Of a stretch of DNA of 64,000 nt, positions 1 to 15,700 are shown piece by piece. Source of the stretch: Eledone cirrhosa (taxonomy: Eukaryota); NCBI GenBank assembly GCA_964016885.1, contig OZ024754.1, forward strand, positions 20,646,001 to 20,710,000. Direction: 5' to 3'. The translations under genes were made by a program, and so were the position numbers. Position 1 is the first letter of the stretch. Each line of letters starts with the position of its first letter. The notes under the pieces are model-generated. The model did no database searches and was not told the origin of the DNA. It saw only the letters and a program-made list of their open reading frames with translations.

Positions 1-3000
1 AACATAGACACCCTCCCATATTACCCTTGGTATTAACATAGGGACTCCCTCCCATATTAGCCTTGGTATTAACATAGGGACTCCCTCCCATATTAGCCTT
101 TGTATTTACATAGACTCCCTCCCATATTACCCTTGGTATTAACATAGACTCCCTCTCATATTACCCTTGGTATTAACATAGACTCCCTGCCATATTACAC
201 TTTGTATTAACATAGACTCACCCCCCATATTACCCTTCGTATTAATATAGACTCCCTCCCATATTAGCCTTGGTATTAACATAGACTCCCTCCCATATTA
301 CCCTTGGTATTAACATAGACACCCTCCCATGTTAGCCTTGGTATTAACATGGACTCTTTCCCATATTAGCCTTGGTATTAACATAGACTCCCTCCCATAT
401 TAGCCTTGGTATTAACATAGACTCCCTCCCATATTAGCCTTGGTATTAACATAGACTCCCTCCCATATTACACTTGGTATTAACATAGGGACTCCCTCCC
501 ATATTACCCTTGGTATTAACATAAGGACTCTCTCCCATATTACCTTTGGTATTAACATAGACTCCCTCCCATATTACCCTTGGTATTATCATAGGGACTC
601 CCTCCCATATTACCCTTGGTATTAACATAGACTCCCTTCCATATTACCCTTGGTATTAACATAGACACCCTCCCATATTACCCTTGGGATTATCATAGGT
701 ACACCCTCCCATATTACCCTTGGTATTAACATAGACTCCCTCCCATATTACCCTTGGAATTGTCATAGGGACACCCTCCCATATTACCCTTGGTATTAAC
801 ATAGACTCCCTCCCATATTAGCCTTGGTATTAACATAGACTCCCTCCCATATTACCCTTGGTATTATCATAGGGACTCCCTCCCATATTACCCTTGGTAT
901 TAACATAGACTCCCTCCCATATTACCCTTGGTATTAACATAGACACCCTCCCATATTACCCTTGGTATTATCATAGGGACTCCCTCCCATATTACCTTTG
1001 GTATTAACATAGACTCCCTCCCATATTACCCTTGGTATTAACATAGACTCCCTCCCATATTACCCTTGGTATTATCATAGGGACTCGCTCCCATATTACC
1101 CTTGTTATTAACATAGACTCCCTCCCATATTACCCTTGGTATTAACATAGACAGCCTCCCATATTACCCTTGGAATTATCATAGGTACACCCTCCCATAT
1201 TACCCTTGGTATTAACATAGACTCCCTCCCATATTACCCTTGGTATTAACATAGGGACTCCCTCCCATATTACCCTTGGTATTAACATAGAGACTCCCCC
1301 CCATATTACCCTTGGTATTAATATAGAGACTCCCTCCCATATTACCCTTGGTGTTAACATAGACTCCCTCCCATATTACCCTTGGTATTAACATAGACTC
1401 CCTCCCATATTACCCTTGGAATTTACATAGGGACTCCCTCCCATATTACCCTTGGTATTATCACAGGGACTCCCTCCCATATTAGCCTTGGTATTAACAT
1501 AGACTCCCTCCCATATTACCCTTGGTATTAACATAGACTCACTCCTATATTTCCCTTGGTATTAACATAGACACCCTCCCATATTAGCCTTGGTATTAAC
1601 ATAGAGACCCCCCCCCATATTACCCTTGGTATTAATATAGACTCCCTCCCATATTACCCTTGGTATTAACATAGACCCCCTCCCATATTACCCATGGTAT
1701 TAGCATAGACTCCCTCCCATATTACCCTTGGTATTAACATAGACTCCCTCCCATATTACCCTTGGTATTAACATAGGGACTCCCTGCCATATTAACCTTG
1801 GTACTAACATAGACTCCCTCCCATATTACCCTTGGTATTAACATAGACTCCCTCCCATATTACCCTTGGTATTAACATAGACTCCCTCCCATGTTAGCCT
1901 TGGTATTAACATAGACTCCTTCCCATATTAGCCTTCGTATTAACATAGACTCCCTCCCATATTAGCCTTGGTATAAACATAGACTCCCTCCCATATTACC
2001 CTTGGTATTAACATAGACTCGCTCCCATATTACCCTTGGTATTAACATAGACTCCCTCCCATATTGCCCTTGGTATTATCATAGACTCCCTCACATATTA
2101 CCCTTGGTATTAACATAGATTCCCTCCCATATTACCCTAGGTATTAACATAGGGACTCCCTCCCATATTACTCTTGGTATTAACATAGAGACCGCCCCCC
2201 ATATTACCCATGGTATAAACATAGACTCCCTCCCATATTACCCTTGGTATTAACATAGACTCCATCCCATATTACCCTTGGTATTAACATAGACTCCCTC
2301 ACATATTACAATTGGTGTTAACATAGACTCCCTCCCATATTACGGTTGGTATTAACATAGGGACTCCCTCCCATATTAGCCTTGGTATTAACATAGGGAC
2401 TCCCTCCCATATTAGCCTTGGTATTAACATAGACTCCCTCCCATATTAGCCTTGGTATTTACATAGACTCCCTCCCATATTACCCTTGGTATTAACATAG
2501 ACTGCCTCCCATATTACCCTTGGTATTAAAATAGGAACTCCCTCCCATGTTAGCCTTGGTATTAACATAGAGACTCCCTCCCATATTACCCTTGGTATTA
2601 ATTTAGACTACCTCCCATATTAACCTTGGTGTTAACATAGACTCCCTCCCATATTACCCTTGGTATTAACATAGGGACTCCCTCCCATATTAGCCTTGGT
2701 ATTAACATAGGGACTCCCTCCCATATTAGCCTTGGTATTTACATAGACTCCCTCCCATATTACCCTTGGTACTAACATAGACTCCCTCCCATATTACCCT
2801 TGGTATTAACATAGACTCCCTCCCATATTACCCTTGTTATTAACATAGGGATTCCCTCCCATATTACCCTTCGTATTAATATAGAGACTACCCCCATATT
2901 ACCCTTGGTATTAATGTAGAGACTCCCTCCCATATTAACCTTGGTGTTAACATAGACACCCTCCCATATTACCCTTGGTATTAACATAGGGACTCCCTCC

Positions 3001-3745
3001 CATATTAGCCTTGGTATTAACATAGGGACTCCCTCCCATATTAGCCTTTGTATTTACATAGACTCCCTCCCATATTACCCTTGGTATTAACATAGACTCC
3101 CTCTCATATTACCCTTGGTATTAACATAGACTCCCTGCCATATTACACTTTGTATTAACATAGACTCACCCCCCATATTACCCTTCGTATTAATATAGAC
3201 TCCCTCCCATATTAGCCTTGGTATTAACATAGACTCCCTCCCATATTACCCTTGGTATTAACATAGACACCCTCCCATGTTAGCCTTGGTATTAACATGG
3301 ACTCTTTCCCATATTAGCCTTGGTATTAACATAGACTCCCTCCCATATTAGCCTTGGTATTAACATAGACTCCCTCCCATATTAGCCTTGGTATTAACAT
3401 AGACTCCCTCCCATATTACACTTGGTATTAACATAGGGACTCCCTCCCATATTACCCTTGGTATTAACATAAGGACTCTCTCCCATATTACCTTTGGTAT
3501 TAACATAGACTCCCTCCCATATTACCCTTGGTATTATCATAGGGACTCCCTCCCATATTACCCTTGGTATTAACATAGACTCCCTTCCATATTACCCTTG
3601 GTATTAACATAGACACCCTCCCATATTACCCTTGGGATTATCATAGGTACACCCTCCCATATTACCCTTGGTATTAACATAGACTCCCTCCCATATTACC
3701 CTTGGAATTGTCATAGGGACACCCTCCCATATTACCCTTGGTATT
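1..3745. repeat. Block repeat at offset 2948: 1-~795 recurs at 2949-~3745
   Basis: Identical ORF translations at 446-628 and 3394-3576. Shared rare monomers CATAAGGACTCTCT, TTACACTTTGT, GGAATTGTCATAGGGACACC in the same order. Confidence 0.9.
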
Positions 3746-6700
3746 AACATAGACTCCCTCCCATATTACCCTTGGTATTAACACAGAGACTCCCTCCCAT
3801 ATTAGCCTTGGTATTAACATAGACTCCCTCCCATATTAGCCTTGGTATTTACATAGACTCGCTCCCATATTACCCTTGGTATTAACATAGACTCACTCCC
3901 ATATTACCCTTGGTAATAACATAGGGACTCCCTGCCATATTACCCTTGGTATTAACATAGAGACCGCCCCCCATATTACCCATGTTATAAACATAGACTC
4001 CCTCCCATATTACCCTTGGTATTAACATAGACTCCATCCCATATTACCCTTGGTATTAACATAGACTCCCTCACATATTACAATTGGTGTTAACATAGAC
4101 TCCCTCCCATATTACGGTTGGTATTAACATAGGGACTCACTCCCATATTACCCTTGGTATTAACACAGGGACTCCCTCCCATATTACCCTTGGTATTAAC
4201 ATAGACTACCTCCCATATTACCCTGGGTCTTAACATAGACTCCCTCCCATATTAGACTTGGTATTAACATAGACTCCCTCCCATATTAGCATTGGTATTT
4301 ACATAGACTCCCTCCCGTATTACCCTTAGTATTAACATAGACTACCTCCCATATTAGCATTGGTATTTACATAGACTGCCTCCCATATTACCCTTCGTAT
4401 TAACATAGACTACCTCCCATATTACCCTGAGTCTTAACATAGACTCCCTCCCATATTAGACTTGGTATTAACATAGACTCCCTCCCATATTAGCATTGGT
4501 ATTTACATAGACTCCCTCCCGTATTACCCTTAGTATTAACATAGACTCCCTCCCATATTACCCTTGGTATTAACATAGGGACTCCCTCCCATATTAGCCT
4601 TGGTATTAACATAGACTCCCTCCCATATTAGCCTTGGTATTAACATAAACTCCCTCCCATATTACCCTTGGTATTCTCATAGGGACTCCCTCCCATATTA
4701 CCCTTGGTATTAACATAGACTCCCCCCCATATTACCCTTGGTATTATCATAGGGACTCCCTCCCATATTACCTTTGGTATTAACATAGACTCCCTCCCAT
4801 ATTACCCTTGGTATTAACATAGACTCCGTCCCATATTACCCTTGGTATTAACATAGACACCCTCCCATATTACCCTTGGTATTATCATAGGTACACCCTC
4901 CCATATTACCCTTGGTATTAACATAGACTACCTCACATATTACAATTGGTGTTAACATAGACTCCCTCCCATATTACGGTTGGTATTAACATAGGGACTC
5001 CCTCCCATATTACCCTCGGTATTAACACAGGGACTCCCTCCCATATTACCCTGGGTCTTAACATAGACTCCCTCCCATATTAGACTTGGTATTAACATAG
5101 ACTACCTCCCATATTAGCATTGGTATTTACATAGACTCCCTCCCATATTACCCTTGGTATTAACATAGACTACCTCCCATATTACCCTGGGTCTTAACAT
5201 AGACTCCCTCCCATATTAGACTTGGTATTAACATAGACTCCCTCCCATATTAGCATTGGTATTTACATAGACTCCGTCCCATATTACCCTTAGTATTAAC
5301 ATAGACTCCCTCCCATATTACCCTTGGTATTAACATAGGGACTCCCTCCCATATTAGCCTTGGTATTAACATAGACACCCTCCCATATTACCCTTGGTAT
5401 TAACATAGACTCCCTCCCATATTACCCTTGGTATTAACATAGACTCCCTCCCATGTTAGCCTTGGTATTAACATAGACTCCCTCCCATATTAGCCTTGGT
5501 ATTAACATAGACTCCCTCCCATATTACCCTTGGTATTATCATAGGGACTCCCTCCCATATTACCTTTGGTATTAACATAGACTCCCTCCCATATTACCCT
5601 TGGTATTAACATAGACACCCTCCCATATTACCCTTGGTATTATCATAGGGACTCCCTCCCATATTACCTTTGGTATTAACATAGACTCCCTCCCATATTA
5701 CCCTTGGTATTAACATAGACTCCCTCCCATATTACCCTTGGTATTATCATAGGGAGTCGCTCCCATATTACCCTTGTTATTAACATAGACTCCCTCCCAT
5801 ATTACCCTTGGTATTAACATAGACACCCTCCCATATTACCCTTGGAATTATCATAGGTACACCCTCCCATATTACCCTTGGTATTAACATAGACTCCCTC
5901 CCATATTACCCTTGGTATTAACATAGGGACTCCCTCCCATATTACCCTTGGTATTAACATAGAGACTCCCCCCATATTACCCTTGGTATTAATATAGAGA
6001 CTCCCTCCCATATTACCCTTGGTGTTAACATAGACTCCCTCCCATATTACCCTTGGTATTAACATAGACTCCCTCCCATATTACCCTTGGAATTTACATA
6101 GGGACTCCCTCCCATATTACCCTTGGTATTATCACAGGGACTCCCTCCCATATTAGCCTGGGTATTAACATAGACTCCCTCCCATATTACCCTTGGTATT
6201 AACATAGACTCACTCCTATATTTCCCTTGGTATTAACATAGACACCCTCCCATATTAGCCTTGGTATTAACATAGAGACCCCCCCCCATATTACCCTTGG
6301 TATTAATATAGACTCCCTCCCATATTACCCTTGGTATTAACATAGACCCCCTCCCATATTACCCATGGTATTAGCATAGACTCCCTCCCATATTACCCTT
6401 GGTATTAACATAGACTCCCTCCCATATTACCCTTGGTATTAACATAGGGACTCCCTGCCATATTAACCTTGGTATTAACATAGACTCCCTCCCATATTAC
6501 CCTTGGTATTAACATAGACTCCCTCCCATATTACCCTTGGTATTAACATAGACTCCCTCCCATGTTAGCCTTGGTATTAACATAGACTCCTTCCCATATT
6601 AGCCTTCGTATTAACATAGACTCCCTCCCATATTAGCCTTGGTATAAACATAGACTCCCTCCCATATTACCCTTGGTATTAACATAGACTCGCTCCCATA

Positions 6701-9700
6701 TTACCCTTGGTATTAACATAGACTCCCTCCCATATTGCCCTTGGTATTATCATAGACTCCCTCACATATTACCCTTGGTATTAACATAGATTCCCTCCCA
6801 TATTACCCTTGGTATTAAGATAGGGACTCCCTCCCATATTACTCTTGGTATTAACATAGAGACCTCCCCCCATATTACCCATGGTATAAACATAGACTCC
6901 CTCCCATATTACCCTTGGTATTAACATAGACTCCATCCCATATTACCCTTGGTATTAACATAGACTCCCTCACATATTACAATTGGTGTTAACATAGACT
7001 CCCTCCCATATTACGGTTGGTATTAACATAGGGACTCCCTCCCATATTAGCCTTGGTATTAACATAGGGACTCCCTCCCATATTAGCCTTGGTATTAACA
7101 TAGACTCCCTCCCATATTAGCCTTGGTATTTACATAGACTCCCTCCCATATTACCCTTGGTATTAACATAGACTGCCTCCCATATTACCCTTGGTATTAA
7201 AATAGGAACTCCCTCCCATGTTAGCCTTGGTATTAACATAGAGACTCCCTCCCATATTACCCTTGGTATTAATTTAGACTACCTCCCATATTAACCTTGG
7301 TGTTAACATAGACTCCCTCCCATATTACCCTTGGTATTAACATAGGGACTCCCTCCCATATTAGCCTTGGTATTAACATAGGGACTCCCTCCCATATTAG
7401 CCTTGGTATTTACATAGACTCCCTCCCATATTACCCTTGGTATTAACATAGACTCCATCCCATATTACCCTTGGTATTAACATAGACTCCCTCACATATT
7501 ACAATTGGTGTTAACATAGACTCCCTCCCATATTACGGTTGGTATTAACATAGGGACTCCCTCCCATATTACCCTTGGTATTAACACAGGGACTCCCTCC
7601 CATATTAGCATTGGTATTTACATAGACTCCCTCCCATATTACCCTTGGTATTAACATAGACTCCCTCCCATGTTAGCCTTGGTATTAACATAGACCTTTC
7701 CCATATTAGCCTTGGTATTAACATAGACTCCCTCCCATATTAGCCTTGGTATTAACATAGACTCCCTCCCATATTACCCTTGGTATTATCATAGGGACTC
7801 CCTCCCATATTAGCCTTGGTATTAACATAGACACCCGCCCATATTACCCTTGGTATTAACATAGACTCCCTCCCATCTTACCCTGGGTCTTAACATAGAC
7901 TCCCTCCCATATTAGACTTGGTATTAACATAGACTCCCTCCCATATTAGCCTTGGTATTAACATAGACACCCTCCCATATTACCCTTGGTATTAACATAG
8001 ACTCCCTCCCATATTACCCTTGGTATTAACATAGGGACTCCCTCCCATATTAGCCTTGGTATTAACATAGACACCCGCCCATATTACCCTTGGTATTAAC
8101 ATAGACTCCCTCCCATATTACCCTTGGTATTAACATAGACTCCCTCCCATGTTAGCCTTGGTATTAACATAGACCTTTCCCATATTAGCCTTGGTATTAA
8201 CATAGACTCCCTCCCATATTAGCCTTGGTATTAACATAGACTCCCTCCCATATTACCCTTGGTATTATCATAGGGACTCCCTCCCATATTACCCTTGGTA
8301 TTAACATAGACTCCCTCCCATATTACTCTTGATATTAACATAGACACCCTCCCATATTACCCTTGGTATCATCATAGGGACTCCCTCCCATATTACCCTT
8401 GGTATTAACATAGACTCCCTTCCATATTACCCTTGGTATTATCATAGGGTCTCCCTCCCATATTACCCTTGGTATTAACATAGACTCCCTCCCATATTAC
8501 CCTTGGTATTAACATAGACACCCTCTCATATTACCCTTGGTATTATCACAGGTACACCCTCCCATATTACCCTTGGTATTAACATAGACTACCTCCCATA
8601 TTACCCTGGGTCTTAACATAGACTCCCTCCCATATTAGACTTGGTATTAACATAGACACCCTCCCATATTACCCTTGGTATTAACATAGGGACTCCCTCC
8701 CATATTACCTTTGGTATTAACATAGACTCCCTCCCATATTACCCTTGGTATTAACATAGACTCCCTCCCATATTACCCTTGGTATTATCATAGAGACTCG
8801 CTCCCATATTACCCTTGGTATTAACATAGACTCCCTCCCATATTACCCTTGGTATTAACATAGACACCCTCCCATATTACCCTTGGTATTATCATAGACT
8901 ACCTCCCATATTACCCTTGGTATTAACATAGACTACCTCCCATATTACCCTGGGTCTTAACATAGACTCCCTCCCATATTAGACTTGGTATTAACATAGA
9001 CTCCCTCCCATATTACCCTTGGTATTAACATAGGGACTCCCTCCCATATTACCCTTGGTATTAACATAGAGACTCCCCCCATATTACCCTTGGTATTAAT
9101 ATAGAGACTCCCTCCCATATTACCCTTGGTATTAACACAGGGACTCCCTCCCATATTAGCCTTGGTATTAACATAGACTCCCTCCCATATTAGCCTTGGT
9201 ATTTACATAGACTCGCTCCCATATTACCCTTGGTATTAACATAGACTCACTCCCATATTACCCTTGGTAATAACATAGGGACTCCCTGCCATATTACCCT
9301 TGGTATTAACATAGAGACCGCCCCCCATATTACCCATGTTATAAACATAGACTCGCTCCCATATTACCCTTGGTATTAACATAGACTCCATCCCATATTA
9401 CCCTTGGTATTAACATAGACTCCCTCACATATTACAATTGGTGTTAACATAGACTCCCTCCCATATTACGGTTGGTATTAACATAGGGACTCCCTCCCAT
9501 ATTACCCTTGGTATTAACACTGGGACTCCCTCCCATATTACCCTTGGTATTAACAGAGACTCCCTCCCATGTTAGCCTTGGTATTAACATAGACTACCTC
9601 CCATATAACCCTGGGTCTTAACATAGACTCCCTCCCATATTAGACTTGGTATTAACATAGACTCCCTCCCATATTAGCATTGGTATTTACATAGACTCCC

Positions 9701-12700
9701 TCCAGTATTACCCTTAGTATTAACATAGACTACCTCCCATATTAGCATTGGTATTTACATAGACTGCCTCCCATATTACCCTTCGTATTAACATAGACTA
9801 CCTCCCATATTATCCTGGGTCTTAACATAGACTCCCTCCCATATTAGACTTGGTATTAAATTAGACTCCCTCCCATATTAGCATTGGTATTTACATAGAC
9901 TCCCTCCCGTATTACTCTTAGTATTAACATAGACTCCCTCCCATATTACCCTTGGTATTAACATATGGACTCCCTCCCATATTAGCCTTGGTATTAACAT
10001 AGACTCCCTCCCATATTAGCCTTGGTATTAACATAAACTCCCTCCCATATTACCCTTGGTATTCTCATAGGGACTCCCTGCCATATTACCCTTGGTATTA
10101 ACATAGACTCCCCCCCATATTACCCTTGGTATTATGATAGGGACTCGCTCCCATATTACCCTTGGTATTAACATAGACTCCGTCCCATATTACCCTTGGT
10201 ATTAACATAGACACCCTCCCATATTACCCTTGGTATTATCATAGGGACTCCCTCCCATATTACCTTTGGTATTAACATAGACTCCCTCCCATATTACCCT
10301 TGGTATTAACATAGACTCCCTCCCATATTACCCTTGGTACTATGATAGGGACTCGCTCCCATATTACCCTTGGTATTAACATAGACTCCGTCCCATATTA
10401 CCCTTGGTATTAACATAGACACCCTCCCATATTACCCTTGGTATTATCATAGGTACACCCTCCCATATTACCCTTGGTATTAACATAGACTACCTCACAT
10501 ATTACAATTGGTGTTAACATAGACTCCCTCCCATATTACGGTTGGTATTAACATAGGGACTCCCTCCCATATTACCCTCGGTATTAACACAGGGACTCCC
10601 TCCCATATTACCCTTGCTATTAACAGAGACTCCCACCCATGTTAGCCTTGGTATTAACATAGACTACCTCCCATATTACCCTGGGTCTTAACATAGACTC
10701 CCTCCCATATTAGACTTGGTATTAACATAGACTACCTCCCATATTAGCATTGGTATTTACATAGACTCCCTCCCATATTACCCTTGGTATTAACATAGAC
10801 TACCTCCCATATTACCCTGGGTCTTAACATAGACTCCCTCCCATATTAGACTTGGTATTAACATAGACTCCCTCCCATATTAGCATTGGTATTTACATAG
10901 ACTCCGTCCCATATTACCCTTAGTATTAACATAGACTCCCTCCCATATTACCCTTGGTATTAACATAGGGACTCCCTCCCATATTAGCCTTGGTATTAAC
11001 ATAGACACCCTCCCATATTACCCTTGGTATTAACATAGACTCCCTCCCATATTACCCTTGGTATTAACATAGACTCCCTCCCATGTTAGCCTTGGTATTA
11101 ACATAGACTCCCTCCCATATTAGCCTTGGTATTAACATAGACTCCCTCCCATATTACCCTTGGTATTATCATAGGGACTCCCTCCCATATTACCCTTGGT
11201 ATTAACATAGACTCCCTCCCATATTACCCTTGGTATTAACATAGACACCCTCCCATATTACCCTTGGTATTATCATAGGGACTCCCTCCCATATTACCTT
11301 TGGTATTAACATAGACTCCCTCCCATATTACCCTTGGTATTAACATAGACTCCCTCCCATATTACCCTTGGTATTATCATAGGGAGTCGCTCCCATATTA
11401 CCCTTGTTATTAACATAGACTCCCTCCCATATTACCCTTGGTATTAACATAGACACCCTCCCATATTACCCTTGGAATTATCATAGGTACACCCTCCCAT
11501 ATTACCCTTGGTATTAACATAGACTCCCTCCCATATTACCCTTGGTATTAACATAGGGACTCCCTCCCATATTACCCTTGGTATTAACATAGAGACTCCC
11601 CCCATATTACCCTTGGTATTAATATAGAGACTCCCTCCCATATTACCCTTGGTGTTAACATAGACTCCCTCCCATATTACCCTTGGTATTAACATAGACT
11701 CCCTCCCATATTACCCTTGGAATTTACATAGGGACTCCCTCCCATATTACCCTTGGTATTATCACAGGGACTCCCTCCCATATTAGCCTTGGTATTAACA
11801 TAGACTCCCTCCCATATTACCCTTGGTATTAACATAGACTCACTCCTATATTTCCCTTGGTATTAACATAGACACCCTCCCATATTAGCCTTGGTGTTAA
11901 CATAGAGACCCCCCCCCATATTACCCTTGGTATTAATATAGACTCCCTCCCATATTACCCTTGGTATTAACATAGACCCCCTCCCATATTACCCATGGTA
12001 TTAGCATAGACTCCCTCCCATATTACCCTTGGTATTAACATAGACTCCCTCCCATATTACCCTTGGTATTAACATAGGGACTCCCTGCCATATTAACCTT
12101 GGTATTAACATAGACTCCCTCCCATATTACCCTTGGTATTAACATAGACTCCCTCCCATATTACCCTTGGTATTAACATAGACTCCCTCCCATGTTAGCC
12201 TTGGTATTAACATAGACTCCTTCCCATATTAGCCTTCGTATTAACATAGACTCCCTCCCATATTAGCCTTGGTATAAACATAGACTCCCTCCCATATTAC
12301 CCTTGGTATTAACATAGACTCGCTCCCATATTACCCTTGGTATTAACATAGACTCCCTCCCATATTGCCCTTGGTATTATCATAGACTCCCTCACATATT
12401 ACCCTTGGTATTAACATAGATTCCCTCCCATATTACCCTTGGTATTAACATAGGGACTCCCTCCCATATTACTCTTGGTATTAACATAGAGACCGCCCCC
12501 CATATTACCCATGGTATAAACATAGACTCCCTCCCATATTACCCTTGGTATTAACATAGACTCCATCCCATATTACCCTTGGTATTAACATAGACTCCCT
12601 CACATATTACAATTGGTGTTAACATAGACTCCCTCCCATATTACGGTTGGTATTAACATAGGGACTCCCTCCCATATTAGCCTTGGTATTAACATAGGGA

Positions 12701-15700
12701 CTCCCTCCCATATTAGCCTTGGTATTAACATAGACTCCCTCCCATATTAGCCTTGGTATTTACATAGACTCCCTCCCATATTACCCTTGGTATTAACATA
12801 GACTGCCTCCCATATTACCCTTGGTATTAAAATAGGAACTCCCTCCCATGTTAGCCTTGGTATTAACATAGAGACTCCCTCCCATATTACCCTTGGTATT
12901 AATTTAGACTACCTCCCATATTAACCTTGGTGTTAACATAGACTCCCTCCCATATTACCCTTGGTATTAACATAGGGACTCCCTCCCATATTAGCCTTGG
13001 TATTAACATAGGGACTCCCTCCCATATTAGCCTTGGTATTTACATAGACTCCCTCCCATATTACCCTTGGTACTAACATAGACTCCCTCCCTTATTACCC
13101 TTGGTATTAACATAGACTCCCTCCCATATTACCCTTGTTATTAACATAGGGATTCCCTCCCATATTACCCTTGGTATTAATATAGAGACTACCCCCATAT
13201 TACCCTTGGTATTAATGTAGAGACTCCCTCCCATATTAACCTTGGTGTTAACATAGACACCCTCCCATATTACCCTTGGTATTAACATAGGGACTCCCTC
13301 CCATATTAGCCTTGGTATTAACATAGGGACTCCCTCCCATATTAGCCTTTGTATTTACATAGACTCCCTCCCATATTACCCTTGGTATTAACATAGACTC
13401 CCTCTCATATTACCCTTGGTGTTAACATAGACTCCCTGCCATATTACACTTTGTATTAACATAGACTCACCCCCCATATTACCCTTCGTATTAATATAGA
13501 CTCCCTCCCATATTAGCCTTGGTATTAACATAGACTCCCTCCCATATTACCCTTGGTATTAACATAGACACCCTCCCATGTTAGCCTTGGTATTAACATG
13601 GACTCTTTCCCATATTAGCCTTGGTATTAACATAGACTCCCTCCCATATTAGCCTTGGTATTAACATAGACTCCCTCCCATATTAGCCTTGGTATTAACA
13701 TAGACTCCCTCCCATATTACACTTGGTATTAACATAGGGACTCCCTCCCATATTACCCTTGGTATTAACATAAGGACTCTCTCCCATATTACCTTTGGTA
13801 TTAACATAGACTCCCTCCCATATTACCCTTGGTATTATCATAGGGACTCCCTCCCATATTACCCTTGGTATTAACATAGACTCCCTTCCATATTACCCTT
13901 GGTATTAACATAGACACCCTCCCATATTACCCTTGGGATTATCATAGGTACACCCTCCCATATTACCCTTGGTATTAACATAGACTCCCTCCCATATTAC
14001 CCTTGGAATTGTCATAGGGACACCCTCCCATATTACCCTTGGTATTAACATAGACTCCCTCCCATATTACCCTTGGTATTAACACAGGGACTCCCTCCCC
14101 TATTAGCCTTGGTATTAACATAGACTCCCTCCCATATTAGCCTTGGTATTTACATAGACTCGCTCCCATATTACCCTTGGTATTAACATAGACTCACTCC
14201 CATATTACCCTTGGTAATAACATAGGGACTCCCTGCCATATTACCCTTGGTATTAACATAGAGACCGCCCCCCATATTACCCATGTTATAAACATAGACA
14301 CCCTCCCATATTACCCTTGGTATTAACATAGACTCCATCCCATATTACCCTTGGTATTAACATAGACTCCCTCACATATTACAATTGGTGTTAACATAGA
14401 CTCCCTCCCATATTACGGTTGGTATTAACATAGGGTCTCCCTCCCATATTACCCTTGGTATTAACACAGGGACTCCCTCCCATATTACCCTTGGTATTAA
14501 CAGAGACTCCCTCCCATGTTAGCCTTGGTATTAACATAGACTACCTCCCATATTACCCTGGGTCTTAACATAGACTCCCTCCCATATTAGACTTGGTATT
14601 AACATAGACTCCCTCCCATATTAGCATTGGTATTTACATAGACTCCCTCCCGTATTACCCTTAGTATTAACATAGACTACCTCCCATATTAGCATTGGTA
14701 TTTACATAGACTGCCTCCCATATTACCCTTCGTATTAACATAGACTACCTCCCATATTACCCTGAGTCTTAACATAGACTCCCTCCCATATTAGACTTGG
14801 TATTAACATAGACTCCCTCCCATATTAGCATTGGTATTTACATAGACTCCCTCCCGTATTACCCTTAGTATTAACATAGACTCCCTCCCATATTACCCTT
14901 GGTATTAACATAGGGACTCCCTCCCATATTAGCCTTGGTATTAACATAGACTCCCTCCCATATTAGCCTTGGTATTAACATAAACTCCCTCCCATATTAC
15001 CCTTGGTATTCTCATAGGGACTCCCTCCCATATTACCCTTGGTATTAACATAGACTCCCCCCCATATTACCCTTGGTATTATCATAGGGACTCCCTCCCA
15101 TATTACCTTTGGTATTAACATAGACTCCCTCCCATATTACCCTTGGTATTAACATAGACTCCGTCCCATATTACCCTTGGTATTAACATAGACTACCTCA
15201 CATATTACAATTGGTGTTAACATAGACTCCCTCCCATATTACGGTTGGTATTAACATAGGGACTCCCTCCCATATTACCCTCGGTATTAACACAGGGACT
15301 CCCTCCCATATTACCCTTGGTATTAACAGAGACTCCCTCCCATGTTAGCCTTGGTATTAACATAGACTACCTCCCATATTACCCTGGGTCTTAACATAGA
15401 CTCCCTCCCATATTACCCTTGGTATTAACATAGACTCCCTCCCATGTTAGCCTTGGTATTAACATAGACTCCCTCCCATATTAGCCTTGGTATTAACATA
15501 GACTCCCTCCCATATTACCCTTGGTATTATCATAGGGACTCCCTCCCATATTACCTTTGGTATTAACATAGACTCCCTCCCATATTACCCTTGGTATTAA
15601 CATAGACACCCTCCCATATTACCCTTGGTATTATCATAGGGACTCCCTCCCATATTACCTTTGGTATTAACATAGACTCCCTCCCATATTACCCTTGGTA

